From positions 512,001 to 576,000 of the forward strand of contig CAXVYR010000003.1 in the NCBI GenBank assembly GCA_963666975.2: a stretch of DNA of 64,000 nucleotides. The letters run 5' to 3'. Every line of letters starts with the position of its first letter. Position 1 is the stretch's first letter. This document shows, piece after piece, positions 38,996 to 48,496 of the stretch. The notes beneath the pieces were generated by a model. It was not told the DNA's origin. It made no database searches and saw nothing but the letters and a program-made list of their open reading frames with translations. This stretch comes from Terriglobia bacterium. GTDB lineage: Bacteria; Acidobacteriota; Terriglobia; 2-12-FULL-54-10. The position numbers and the translations under genes were made by a program.

Positions 38996-39362
38996 TCAGC
39001 CGCAAAGGCTATGTCTCGTTTGACACCCAGAGTATCGTAGAAGTGATTGGAGCCCTGGAGAGTGAGAATCCACCGCCGGCTGCCTTCCAGGCGCTTCCTC
39101 CCGTACCTCAAGCCGGGTTCCCCGGTCGACGCCAAACTGGTCGACCAAGTTCGCCTCGGGGGAGGCCAGCCGGACCCGCTGGTTGGGGTCGTCGTTGAAA
39201 TGCTGCACCGTTATTCCGTCGCACCGGAACGGCAGATTCATTGCGTCCTCTTGCTTCCAGTCATAGCGCACAGAGTCGAGAATTGCGCGGCCTTTGTCTT
39301 CTAAGATGTATTGCGCGGCCTTTGTCTTCTAAGATGTAGAGAACTTGGCCGCCCTGGTGCCG
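38996..39362 (-). pseudogene. Cupin-domain gene remnant frameshifted by a 28-bp tandem duplication
   Basis: Removing one repeat copy gives RHQGGQVLYILEDKGRAILDSVRYDWKQEDAMNLP...VQHFN; no start codon or N-terminal part found. Confidence 0.6.
39283..39338. repeat. Perfect 2 x 28 bp tandem duplication
   Basis: TTGCGCGGCCTTTGTCTTCTAAGATGTA twice. Confidence 0.95.
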
Positions 39363-39476
39363 GCAATCAGGCAGAGAGTTTTGGAATGAAAAAAGAGGCA
39401 GGGTAGGCTGGATGCACAGTAGTTCCGAGCCGCGCACCTGAACGAACGGCGAAGGAAAAGCAAATATGCAGGGGAA

Positions 39477-39737
39477 TTATTTCTGGAAGTGCTCGGTGTT
39501 GATCCGCTCGTAGTCTTTCCACTTTTCCGGCAACTCGTCCAGCGCAAAGATGGCTGTTACGGGGCATACCGGAACGCAGGCGCCACAGTCGATGCACTCT
39601 ACCGGGTCGATATAAAGCTGCTGGGCGGCATCATAGCCTTCCGCATCCTTCTTGGGGTGGATGCAGTCCACGGGACAGGCGTCAACACAAGAGGTGTCTT
39701 TGGTGCCAATGCACGGTTCAGCAATGATGTATGACAT
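39477..39737 (-). CDS. fdxA: Dicluster (7Fe-type) ferredoxin
   Basis: EPCIGTKDTSCVDACPVDCI ... CIDCGACVPVCPV. Confidence 0.93.
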   Translation of the reverse strand: MSYIIAEPCIGTKDTSCVDACPVDCIHPKKDAEGYDAAQQLYIDPVECIDCGACVPVCPVTAIFALDELPEKWKDYERINTEHFQK

Positions 39738-39797
39738 GGTTTCCCTCTTCCACCCGGAGGCAGGCAGGGGCCACTCCAGGAGCTTGTTGTGGGGCGG

Positions 39798-40076
39798 TTA
39801 GCCACCGGAAGCCTTTTTCAAGGCAAAGACAATACGGAGGAGCTTGGCCCGATCAGGGTCTGGCAAGTCCCGGATGCGCTTTTTGCTCTCAGAGAGCAGA
39901 GAACCCAAGGTGGTGCGAAGCGCTGGAAATCTCCGCGCCAAGTCCGCAACCCGCTCATCCACAGAAACTTGAACCCCCTGTCCGTGAAGCGAACTGCTGG
40001 GAACTTTCCCTTTTCCTCTGCCCCTGGGCCGTTTGGCTGCCCGGGTTTTTCGGCTGCTCAAGATCATGGGCATCAC
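39798..40076 (-). CDS. Small basic hypothetical protein upstream of the ferredoxin
   Basis: GGAG RBS before GTG/ATG; lies between a consensus promoter and fdx. Confidence 0.5.
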   Translation of the reverse strand: MMPMILSSRKTRAAKRPRGRGKGKVPSSSLHGQGVQVSVDERVADLARRFPALRTTLGSLLSESKKRIRDLPDPDRAKLLRIVFALKKASGG

Positions 40077-40205
40077 CGTTTCTCCCGAGAACTTGCTTCC
40101 GACCGTTCGGAACTGAATTTAATCATTAGGATCACTCCACAAGGCACCGACACCAAACCTAGCTCCAGCCCCTGTAACTGTGGCCTTCGGTGCACTGGAA
40201 AAAAT

Positions 40206-40257
40206 ATTATACTCGACAAGTCAAGTTTGTCAACATAAATGTTTAAAAAATATGTTT
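40206..40257 (-). promoter_or_regulatory. Consensus sigma70 promoter for the hypothetical-fdx unit, overlapped by a putative operator
   Basis: Minus strand TTGACA(40233-40228)-16 nt-TATAAT(40211-40206); CAAC-ATAAAT-GTTT at 40231-40244 and a degenerate copy at 40244-40257. Confidence 0.7.
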
Positions 40258-40319
40258 ATTATATTGCAGAATCTTCAACTTACAACCTATACTGCCTGTT
40301 GGCGGTATAAGAAGCTACT

Positions 40320-40985
40320 ATGGCAGAGGAAGTCGGTCAGGACAGCACGCGAAAGAAGATTCTCCGTTTCATCAAGATCACGGGCCGGCCCGCGATCTCG
40401 GAGATCAGCCAAGCCTTGGGCATTACCTCGATGGCCGTCCGCCGACATGTGCTCGGATTGCAGAGCTCCGGGCTGCTGCGCATGGAGATGGAGCGTCGCC
40501 CCAAGGGCCGTCCGGCTGCCCTTTGCCTGCTTACCGATTTGGGAGACAGCCTGTTTCCGAAAACCTACGACCGTTTTTCCATGGAACTGATCCAATGCCT
40601 GGCCTATTTGGATGGGGAAGAAAAGGTCAACCGGCTTTTTGAAAAATATAAAGAACGCATGGTGGCGAAGTTTGCCGGGCGCATGGAGGGGAAAAACCGG
40701 GAAGACCGGGTCCGTGAAGCCGTAGCAATCCTTTGCGAACAAGGCTACATGGCGGAATTGCATAAGGTGGATGAGAGGACGTATTTCGTCACGGAGCACA
40801 ACTGCGCCATAGCCCATATTGCCCGCCAATATCCGCGAGCCTGCGAGGAAGAGCTTTGCTTCCTGACGCAGATACTCCGGGCGGATGTCCAGCGCCACGC
40901 CCACATCTTGAAAGGCGACTTGGAGTGCACCTATCGCATTCAATTTCCCTCCAAAGGAAAACCTGCCCTCAAAAGCAAGCACTAA
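40320..40985 (+). CDS. SufR-like ArsR/HTH transcriptional regulator
   Basis: LGITSMAVRRH..L, GRP...LTDLGDSLFP..Y, EHNCAI...ACEEEL...ECTY. Confidence 0.85.
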   Translation: MAEEVGQDSTRKKILRFIKITGRPAISEISQALGITSMAVRRHVLGLQSSGLLRMEMERRPKGRPAALCLLTDLGDSLFPKTYDRFSMELIQCLAYLDGEEKVNRLFEKYKERMVAKFAGRMEGKNREDRVREAVAILCEQGYMAELHKVDERTYFVTEHNCAIAHIARQYPRACEEELCFLTQILRADVQRHAHILKGDLECTYRIQFPSKGKPALKSKH

Positions 40986-41158
40986 TGCTGGAAGAGCGGA
41001 AAAGTACGCTGTGCAGGAAACAGTATTGCTTTTGTATTTACAGGACCGGGCCTGCCTCTTGTATTGTTTCCTTGCAATGATGGTATAAAGTATAGTTTCC
41101 GTAGCGGTTCAGGAATGGACCGTGGATCATTTCCTCGCTTGGGACTGATAAAAAAACC

Positions 41159-42463
41159 GTGCTGGACTTGGCATTCGTGCGAGACAACCTGGAGTTAGTG
41201 GAACAAAAGCTCTCCGAGCGGGGCGGACCCGCGAAACTCGATGGATTCCGCGACCTGGACCAAAAGCGGCGCCGGACTCTGACCGAGGTCGAGGCGTTAA
41301 AAAACCGAAGGAAACGCGCCAGCGATGAAATTGGCCGCCTCAAAAGAGAGAAGCAAGATGCCCAAGAACTGCTGCGAGAGATGAAAACGGTCTCGGAAGA
41401 AATCAAGTCGCTGGACGAGCAGGTGCGAGGACTCGACGCGGAATTGAAGCAGTTTTTGGAAAACCTGCCGAATATGCCGCATGCAAGCGTTCCCGTTGGC
41501 TCCAGCGCGGCGGACAACCAAGAGGTGCGCCGCTGGGGGGAGCCCAGACATTTTTCATTTTCTTGCCTTCCGCACTGGGAACTGGGAGAGTCGCTCGGCA
41601 TTCTGGACCTGGACCGTGCAGCCAAGATTACCGGCGCCCGTTTTGCGGTTTACTGGGATTTGGGGGCGAAGCTCGAAAGGGCGCTGGCCAACTTCATGCT
41701 GGACCTGCACACGCGAGAACACGGCTACCGGGAAGTCCTTCCGCCGGCCATCGTGAACTCGGCAAGCTTGTATGGGACGGGCAACCTGCCCAAATTCGCC
41801 GGAGATTTGTTCCGCCTGGAGAACACGGATTTCTGGCTCAGTCCCACAGCGGAAGTCTCCGTGACCAACCTGTTCCGCGATGAGGTTCTGGACGGCGACT
41901 CCTTGCCCGTCAACCTGACGGCCTGCACGCCCTGTTTCCGCAGCGAGGCGGGCTCCTACGGCAAGGACACGCGCGGGCTCATCCGTCATCATCAGTTCCA
42001 AAAAGTGGAATTGGTGAAGTTCGTCCATCCTTCCGCCTCCTACGAGGAGTTGGAATGCCTGACCGGACACGCCGAAGCCGTTCTGCAAAAGCTGAAGCTG
42101 CCCTACCGCGTGACGACGCTATGCACGGCCGACATGGGATTCAGCTCGGCGAAAACTTATGACCTGGAAGTGTGGGTGCCCAGCCAGGGGGAATACCGCG
42201 AGATTTCCTCTTGCAGCAACTTTGAAACCTTCCAGGCCAGGCGGGCCGACATCCGGTTTCGCATGGGCGGAAAAGGGAAATCGCAGTTCGTGCATACTCT
42301 GAATGGCAGCGGGCTGGCGATCGGACGCACATGGCTGGCGATCGTCGAAAACTATCAGCAGGAGGACGGCAGCGTTCTGATCCCGGAAGTTCTCCGGGAT
42401 TACTTGGGCGGCGTCGAACGCATCACAGCGGAGGGCCGTTTAGGCAGTCGCGCGGAAAAATAG
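41159..42463 (+). CDS. serS: Serine--tRNA ligase
   Basis: [44 protein letters not shown]. Confidence 0.98.
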   Translation: MLDLAFVRDNLELVEQKLSERGGPAKLDGFRDLDQKRRRTLTEVEALKNRRKRASDEIGRLKREKQDAQELLREMKTVSEEIKSLDEQVRGLDAELKQFLENLPNMPHASVPVGSSAADNQEVRRWGEPRHFSFSCLPHWELGESLGILDLDRAAKITGARFAVYWDLGAKLERALANFMLDLHTREHGYREVLPPAIVNSASLYGTGNLPKFAGDLFRLENTDFWLSPTAEVSVTNLFRDEVLDGDSLPVNLTACTPCFRSEAGSYGKDTRGLIRHHQFQKVELVKFVHPSASYEELECLTGHAEAVLQKLKLPYRVTTLCTADMGFSSAKTYDLEVWVPSQGEYREISSCSNFETFQARRADIRFRMGGKGKSQFVHTLNGSGLAIGRTWLAIVENYQQEDGSVLIPEVLRDYLGGVERITAEGRLGSRAEK

Positions 42464-42486
42464 AAAGGAGCGGGGAACAATATTTT

Positions 42487-43296
42487 ATGGCGGTGATTAC
42501 ATATCAAACGATGATTTCCGGGTGCCGGAATAGCGAGAGGGAATCGTGGGGCGAGTTTGCGCTCCGGTACAGTCCCTACGCGATTTTTATTTTGGAACAT
42601 TCCTTCCCGGAGTTGACGCAGGAAATTTCCGGGCATGTGGACCGCATCTTTGTACAAACGCGCGAAGGGGATTTTTTTACGGTTTTCCAGGGACGCCGCG
42701 AGCGCGATTTTCTGATGCATTTCCGCAGGCTGGTATGGGACTACGGACTAAGCATGACACCGGTTCCTGAAACGCCCATGAACCGGGAATTGCTCGAAAA
42801 GGTCACCGATGGTTTCAGCATGACGCAGCAGCAAATCTTGTGGATGAATCTCCAAGGTGTCGCTGCGCCTACAGCCGCAACCGTTTTATTGGTGGATGTC
42901 GCGACGGTTACGGAGGTCTTGAAAAAAGCGAATACAAATTTGAGGGCGTTGCTGGACCGTTGGAGTGTGAACACTCTGGCTGAGAGCGGACGCAGTCTCG
43001 TGCAGGCGGCCCGGAATTGGTCAGGCTCCGATTGCCCGAGCGACAGCGTTTTCGGAAGGATGATTGACGGACAGATCTCCTGGCATGACCGGGAAAAATT
43101 GGAGCGACATGTTCGCTCCTGTTTCTATTGTATTGACCGCTTCACCGCCTGCCGGGAGGTGGTTTACTGTATGCGAAAATTGCCCCTCGCCGAAGAAAAG
43201 GATGTGTCCAGGATTCTGGCGGCGGCAGGGATCAGTGCCACCGAAAAAAAGAAAGGCCTGCTTTCCAAATTGTTCTCAAAAGCGCACGCTATGTGA
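42487..43296 (+). CDS. Hypothetical protein: degenerate ECF-sigma-like N-terminus plus zinc anti-sigma (HxxxCxxC) motif
   Basis: GGAG RBS; ESWGEFALRY (region-2-like), HTH-like segment, DCPS...HVRSCFYC. Confidence 0.65.
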   Translation: MAVITYQTMISGCRNSERESWGEFALRYSPYAIFILEHSFPELTQEISGHVDRIFVQTREGDFFTVFQGRRERDFLMHFRRLVWDYGLSMTPVPETPMNRELLEKVTDGFSMTQQQILWMNLQGVAAPTAATVLLVDVATVTEVLKKANTNLRALLDRWSVNTLAESGRSLVQAARNWSGSDCPSDSVFGRMIDGQISWHDREKLERHVRSCFYCIDRFTACREVVYCMRKLPLAEEKDVSRILAAAGISATEKKKGLLSKLFSKAHAM

Positions 43297-43372
43297 AAGG
43301 AGGGAATTGCGGCGCAGCTGGCACAGGGCAACCAGTGCAGGATCGAAGTGCATGTAAGCAAGTGCAGGTACG

Positions 43373-43636
43373 ATGGCCAAGCTAGAGCAACAGTTGGCGC
43401 AGGCGGTGCGGGACTCCCTCAATCTGCCCGAGCTCCATGTCGTCGCCAGACGGAACCCATCCCGCCGAAGCTGGAGCGTCTGCCTAAAGGAGAACGGAAG
43501 CTCTTCGGACTGGCTGGAGTTGGACTCCGGGTCGGTCGATGTCATCAAAAAGGTCGGATTGTTGCCGGCTATTCATCTGGGAATTTTTCGTATTACATAC
43601 GATTTATTACGGAGGACAGGCAGCCGGAAGAAATAA
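43373..43636 (+). CDS. Hypothetical protein
   Basis: 87-aa ORF filling the gap in a plus-strand run, weak RBS. Confidence 0.45.
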   Translation: MAKLEQQLAQAVRDSLNLPELHVVARRNPSRRSWSVCLKENGSSSDWLELDSGSVDVIKKVGLLPAIHLGIFRITYDLLRRTGSRKK

Positions 43637-43701
43637 TTTTGCACGAACTATTTATGCAAACTAATGGCCAGGCTGCTTTGCCTGCAAACTTCGCTCCGGA
43701 C

Positions 43702-44566
43702 TTGAAAAACACAACTAGGCGACTTTGCGATTACAGCAGTGACCGACGGCCACTTCCGTCTTGACGGCGGATCGATGTTCGGGATAGTTCCGCGCGTGCT
43801 TTGGAAAAAAAAGATCGCTCCGGATGACCAGCATCGTATTCGTCTCGCAGTGCGATGCCTGCTGGTGCGCAATGGCAAGCGAACCGTCCTGCTCGATGCA
43901 GGCCTGGGCAATAAATTCTCCGATGAGTTTCGCGACCGTTACGCCGTGGAGCAACCGGTTACTCTGATTGAGAACCTCCAGAAGGCGGGGGGTTCGCCCG
44001 GAGGATGTGACCGACGTCATCAACTGCCACCTTCATTTCGACCATGCCGGCTGGAACACGACACGGAAAGACGGCCAGCTTGCGCCGACCTTTCCCAACG
44101 CACGGTACTGGTCCCAGCGTGGCGAATGGGAACGGGCGCGGGACTATGCCGCGCAGCGCGACCGGGGCAGCTTTTCCCTGACGATTTTCTCTCGCTGGAA
44201 AGAGAACGCTGGGAGCTGGTAGAAGGCGACCATGCAGTCTTGCCGGGAATGGAGCTTCTGCTCCTGCCCGGCCATACGCCGCACACGCAGGGAGTCTTGC
44301 TAACCGCCGGAGAACATAAAGTAGCGTTCTTGGAGGACTTGATTCCCACCGCGTATCACGTTCCCTACGCCTGGATCATGGCCTTCGACCTGCGCGCAGC
44401 CGGAACGCTGGCTACCAAGCGAAAAATCTTGCCGCGCGCTATCCGCGAAAAATGGATCTGTGTCTTCGACCATGACCCTGACTTGGTGGAGGCCCGAATT
44501 GCAGAGGATTCGAGGGGAAGACTGAGTGTGATTCCGGCAGAAGGATTTTCTGACAACTCCGAGTAG
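43702..44566 (+). pseudogene. MBL-fold metallo-hydrolase (YtnP-like) with three homopolymer frameshifts (pseudogene or assembly errors)
   Basis: DGGSMFGIVP and GHT/FDHD are in one frame, HLHFDHAG...FPNARY in another; shifts at A5 43705-43709, G6 43987-43992, T4 44172-44175. Confidence 0.8.
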
Positions 44567-44610
44567 GGATGAGTCCTGTGTTGGAGTTTGCGTATTCCAT
44601 ATTACGCTCT

Positions 44611-44805
44611 CGTCAGGGCACGGTTTTAACCGTGCCGCCACCCGGTTTACGACAGCGGCTTCAGCCGCTGAGGTGGAGGTTAAATCGCTGGAACACGCAG
44701 GGTTCGAGACTCACCTCAGGCGCTAAAGCGCACTTTAGTTCAGAGCGTTTCGGCACGGCTGAAGCCGTGCCCTGACGGGATACACAATTCGTGAAAACGA
44801 TCTGG
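44611..44805. repeat. Four-unit palindromic REP-like element (GTCAGGGCACGGCTTCAGCCGTGCC family) with a wrapper-like right end
   Basis: CGTCAGGGCACGGTTTTAACCGTGCCG ... CGGCACGGCTGAAGCCGTGCCCTGACG with inner GCTTCAGCCGCTGAGG / CCTCAGGCGCTAAAGC; then TACACAATTCGTGAAAACGATCTGG. Confidence 0.8.
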
Positions 44806-44862
44806 TCCAAGAGGAAATAGATTCACATCTGGAAAAGTCCGCTAGCGCAATTGTTTTGAAAC

Positions 44863-45678
44863 TCATCTACGAGACAGCTTTTTCTTTGTGAGCTGCTCGA
44901 CTTCGGCGGGGGTTAGATGGCGGTACCGTCCCCGCGCCAAAGTGCCGAGACCGAGAACCCCGATCTTCACTCGCCTCAATTTGCTTACCGGATGTCCAAT
45001 CCTCGTAAACATGCGCCGGATTTGGTTCTGGCGGCCTTCGCGGAGGATGACTTCGTACCAGGGATTGGGAGGCTCTTGCTTGCTGGTTTGGGAAACCCTG
45101 GTTCGAGAAACCTTGCTTCGAGAAATCTTGCTTCGCGAAGCCAGCTTCCTGCCGCCCGGTAACTGGAGGCTCCGGATGGCAGCCGGAAGAGTGCGGCGTC
45201 CTTCGATTGGAATTCCCTGGCGCAACTTGTCGAGGTCTTTCGCGTCTGGCACGCCGCTTACCTTGACCCAGTAGACCTTCGGAATGCCGCTGGCAGCCGC
45301 AGTAAGGTGATTGGCGAAATCCCCGTCGTTGGTCATCAGGAGCAGCCCTTCGCTGTGGTAATCGAGCCTGCCCACCGGATAGACGCGCTCTTTGACTCCT
45401 TTGAGCAGGTCCATCACAGTGGGCCGTCCCTGCGGGTCTAACCGCGTAGTAACGTAGTGCCGAGGTTTGTGGAGGGCGAGATAGACCTTCCGGCTGGAGA
45501 GCCGCAATGCTTTCCCGTCCACTTTGATGTGGGCGCTGTCTGTGTCTGCCTTGCTGCCCAGTTCACGCACGACATGGCCGTTGACCGTCACACGTCCAGC
45601 GACGATCCATTCTTCTGCCTGGCGGCGCGATCCTCGGCCGGAGCGGGAAATAATCTTCTGCAAGCGCTCAAGCGCCAT
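44863..45678 (-). CDS. rluB: RluB-type rRNA pseudouridine synthase
   Basis: ERLQKII S4 domain, VGRLDYHSEGLL.MTNDG, EGRQNQIRRM; follows scpAB. Confidence 0.92.
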   Translation of the reverse strand: MALERLQKIISRSGRGSRRQAEEWIVAGRVTVNGHVVRELGSKADTDSAHIKVDGKALRLSSRKVYLALHKPRHYVTTRLDPQGRPTVMDLLKGVKERVYPVGRLDYHSEGLLLMTNDGDFANHLTAAASGIPKVYWVKVSGVPDAKDLDKLRQGIPIEGRRTLPAAIRSLQLPGGRKLASRSKISRSKVSRTRVSQTSKQEPPNPWYEVILREGRQNQIRRMFTRIGHPVSKLRRVKIGVLGLGTLARGRYRHLTPAEVEQLTKKKLSRR

Positions 45679-46465
45679 CGGTATCCCCAGGCGCAGGGTC
45701 GCGAAGTTCTTCCGGAGAGACGCTGGAGGCGGGAACTTCCGATCCCCCCGTAGAAGCAGACTGGGCGGCTTTGGCGTGGAGTTCCGTTGGGCCGGCCTGG
45801 CCGGATAGAGATTGTTCGGACAGAGCTTGTTCGGACAACAAAAGCTCAGAGGAGGGATCAGAAGGGTTGCTGGTGTCGGTTTGCTCCCCGGATGGTTCGC
45901 CCATCGCCGCCCGAGTGATCTCCTCAAATTCCTGCAGGCTGGGCAACTCCTGCAGGCTGCTCAATCCGAACTGCAACAGGAACTCCCGGGTGGTTTTATA
46001 GAGAATGGGGCGGCCGAGGACGTTCTTCCGTCCGGCGGTGGTAATCAGTTTCTTTTCGAGAAGAGTCTTCAGGACGCCGGCTGCGTGGACGCCACGAATT
46101 TGCTGTATCTCCGGGATCGTGATCGGCTGCCGGTAAGCGATGGTGGCCAGGGTCTCGAGCGCCGCCATGGAAAGCTTCACGGGAGGGGTCATATCCTTCA
46201 CTAATTTTCGGATCGTCTCGTGATGCTCCGCCTTGGTAAACATCTTGTAGCCGCCGGCGATCTCGCGGATTTCGATGCCATGCCCCTCCTGGCTGTATTC
46301 CTGCAGTAGTGCTTCCAGCACTTGGCGCACTTGGGCGGCCGGGGCGCTTTTGAGAGCCTTGCAAATTTGCTCCACGGTAACCGGCTCATCGGCCACGTAG
46401 ACGATTGCTTCCACCGCCGCTCTCAGGGCTTGGTCCTGGTTTTGTGTTTCTTCCTGATTGTCCAT
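45668..46465 (-). CDS. scpB: SMC-Scp complex subunit ScpB
   Basis: LSMAALETLATIAYRQP, GRPILYKTT.EFL..FGL. Confidence 0.96.
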   Translation of the reverse strand: MDNQEETQNQDQALRAAVEAIVYVADEPVTVEQICKALKSAPAAQVRQVLEALLQEYSQEGHGIEIREIAGGYKMFTKAEHHETIRKLVKDMTPPVKLSMAALETLATIAYRQPITIPEIQQIRGVHAAGVLKTLLEKKLITTAGRKNVLGRPILYKTTREFLLQFGLSSLQELPSLQEFEEITRAAMGEPSGEQTDTSNPSDPSSELLLSEQALSEQSLSGQAGPTELHAKAAQSASTGGSEVPASSVSPEELRDPAPGDTDGA

Positions 46466-46579
46466 GATTACTCTCGCCTGTTAGGTTCGTTCATTAGTTT
46501 CGCTCATTCCTTTTCCTGCTGACTTACTCTGTCCCATTGTCCCCAAAAGCCTGCGGCTTGCTCATCTCCGCTGAGGAGG

Positions 46580-47353
46580 CTATTGGTAGCTTTGATCCAC
46601 CTCCGGTTGTGACTCCGCGTAAACCGTTGCAAACATTGTGTGCCGGACAAGGGCAATTTCCCCAAAGGCTTCTTTCTGACGCGCCCGTACGGCTTGCAGG
46701 CGCACCAACTCCAGGAGGGCCAGAAAAGCCGCCACCAGCGCCTCCCGCGACCGAAGACGGTTGAATACCTCCCCCAGCACAACCGGTTCCGAGCGGGCGG
46801 CGAGCATGTCGCACAATTGCCGCATCATCTCGGCGACACTGACCTTTTCATCTGGAAGAGCGATCTCCGGCTTGTCCTTGGCGCGCTCCAAAATTTGCTG
46901 GAAAGCTTTCACCAAGTCGAAAAGCGTCACGGCCAGCCCTGGCTCCGCAGTGGTATCGAAGAATGGTTTCAGAGCCGGCGCCGACCACAGGGCGTTCTGC
47001 ACGATATGCTTCTGATCGAGCATCTGTGCGGCGTTTTTGAACTTCTCGTGTTCCAGCAATTGATGCACCAGTTCGTCGCGCGGGTCTTCCTGATCGCCAG
47101 AATCTTCGGAAGGGTCAGGCGGCAGAAGCATCTTCGATTTGATATGGATCAAAGTCGCCGCCATGAGGATGAAGTCCCCGGCGATCTCGGTGTCCAGTTG
47201 TTCCAGGTGTTGCTGCAAATACTTCAAGTATTGCCCGGTAATCTGTGCGATGGGGATGTCGTAGATATCGATTTCCTGCTTGCGAATCAGGTCGAGAAGC
47301 AGGTCCAGGGGGCCTTCGTAGCTTTCTATTTGGATACGGTATGGCTCGTTCAT
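46580..47353 (-). CDS. scpA: Segregation and condensation protein A
   Basis: YEGPLDLLLDLI, MAATLIHIKSKMLLP, FLALLEL. Confidence 0.95.
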   Translation of the reverse strand: MNEPYRIQIESYEGPLDLLLDLIRKQEIDIYDIPIAQITGQYLKYLQQHLEQLDTEIAGDFILMAATLIHIKSKMLLPPDPSEDSGDQEDPRDELVHQLLEHEKFKNAAQMLDQKHIVQNALWSAPALKPFFDTTAEPGLAVTLFDLVKAFQQILERAKDKPEIALPDEKVSVAEMMRQLCDMLAARSEPVVLGEVFNRLRSREALVAAFLALLELVRLQAVRARQKEAFGEIALVRHTMFATVYAESQPEVDQSYQ

Positions 47354-47385
47354 TGTTTGCTCTCGGCTGCGTTCCGGCAGGGGAT

Positions 47386-48489
47386 TTAATCCGCGCTCGA
47401 ACTTTCTTTTTTTGCCGGGGCCGGCTTTTTGGGTTTCTGGTCCGCTTTCGCTGTGCGGACAGGGGATTGAAAAGTTCGGGAGAGGTTCATGCCGTCGCGA
47501 ACCTCTTCCATCGTCTGTTGCGCAGTCCGGCTGGCCTTCTTGGAGCCCTCCTCCAGGATATCCCAAACCTGCTTCGGATTTTTTTCATACTCGATACGGC
47601 GCTCGCGAATCGGCGCCAGAGCCTGCACCAAGCTGTCCGCCATCAGCTTCTTGTCTTCCACGCAGCCGATCCCGGCCCGGCGGCACTCCCGGTTGACCAT
47701 CTCAACCGTGGCGGGCGAAGAAAAAATCTGATGGAAGCTGAACAGGGGACAGACATCCGGATTGCCGGGGTCAGTCTTGCGCGCTCGCGCCGGGTCGGTG
47801 AGCATTGTGGAGACCTTCTTTCGGATTTCCTGCTCCGTGTCGCTCAGGAATATGGCGTTCCCATAGCTTTTGCTCATCTTGCGCCCGTCGGTGCCGGGCA
47901 GCCGGGGAAAACTGGTCAGCATCGGACGCGGCTCGGGAAAAATCGGCCCATAGAAGCCGTTAAACCGGCGGCAGATCTCCCGCGTCAACTCTACATGGGC
48001 TACTTGATCTTCACCGACAGGGACGAAGTCAGCCTTGTAGATGAGGATGTCGGCCGCCTGCAACACAGGGTATCCCAAAAAGCCATAGGTGCCCAGGTCC
48101 TTGTCCCGTATATTCTCGCGCTGCTCCTTGTAGGTAGGCACTCGCTCCAGCCATCCCAGCGGCGTGACTTGTGACAACAATAGGTGAAGTTCGGCGTGCT
48201 CGGGTACGCGGGATTGCAAAAACAGCACCGCCCGATTCGGGTCCAGGCCCGCCGCCAGCCAGTCCATCAGGTTCTCCAGGGAATGTTTCTGAATCTGGCT
48301 GGTGTCGGCATAATGTGTAGTGAGCGCGTGCCAGTCGGCGATAAAAAAGTAGCAATCGAACTTTTCCTGAATCTGAACCCAATTCCCGAGCGCTCCGACC
48401 AGATGACCGACGTGGACTCCTCCCGTCGGACGCAATCCGCTCAGAACTCGTTTTTTCGGTGAAGATTCGGCTGGAGAGGGAGAGGCCAT
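47386..48489 (-). CDS. trpS: Tryptophan--tRNA ligase
   Basis: SGLRPTG..HVGH, YPVLQAADIL, VPVGEDQ, KMSKS. Confidence 0.97.
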   Translation of the reverse strand: MASPSPAESSPKKRVLSGLRPTGGVHVGHLVGALGNWVQIQEKFDCYFFIADWHALTTHYADTSQIQKHSLENLMDWLAAGLDPNRAVLFLQSRVPEHAELHLLLSQVTPLGWLERVPTYKEQRENIRDKDLGTYGFLGYPVLQAADILIYKADFVPVGEDQVAHVELTREICRRFNGFYGPIFPEPRPMLTSFPRLPGTDGRKMSKSYGNAIFLSDTEQEIRKKVSTMLTDPARARKTDPGNPDVCPLFSFHQIFSSPATVEMVNRECRRAGIGCVEDKKLMADSLVQALAPIRERRIEYEKNPKQVWDILEEGSKKASRTAQQTMEEVRDGMNLSRTFQSPVRTAKADQKPKKPAPAKKESSSAD

Positions 48490-48496
48490 GTGAAGA

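Noticed and set aside
39283-39338. 28-bp direct repeats as a possible CRISPR array
   Set aside because: Only two copies, abutting with no spacer, and no cas genes
43294-43296. Other TGA stops as Sec read-through candidates (here and at 24224)
   Set aside because: Not at a Cys-motif position, with no coherent downstream protein or hairpin
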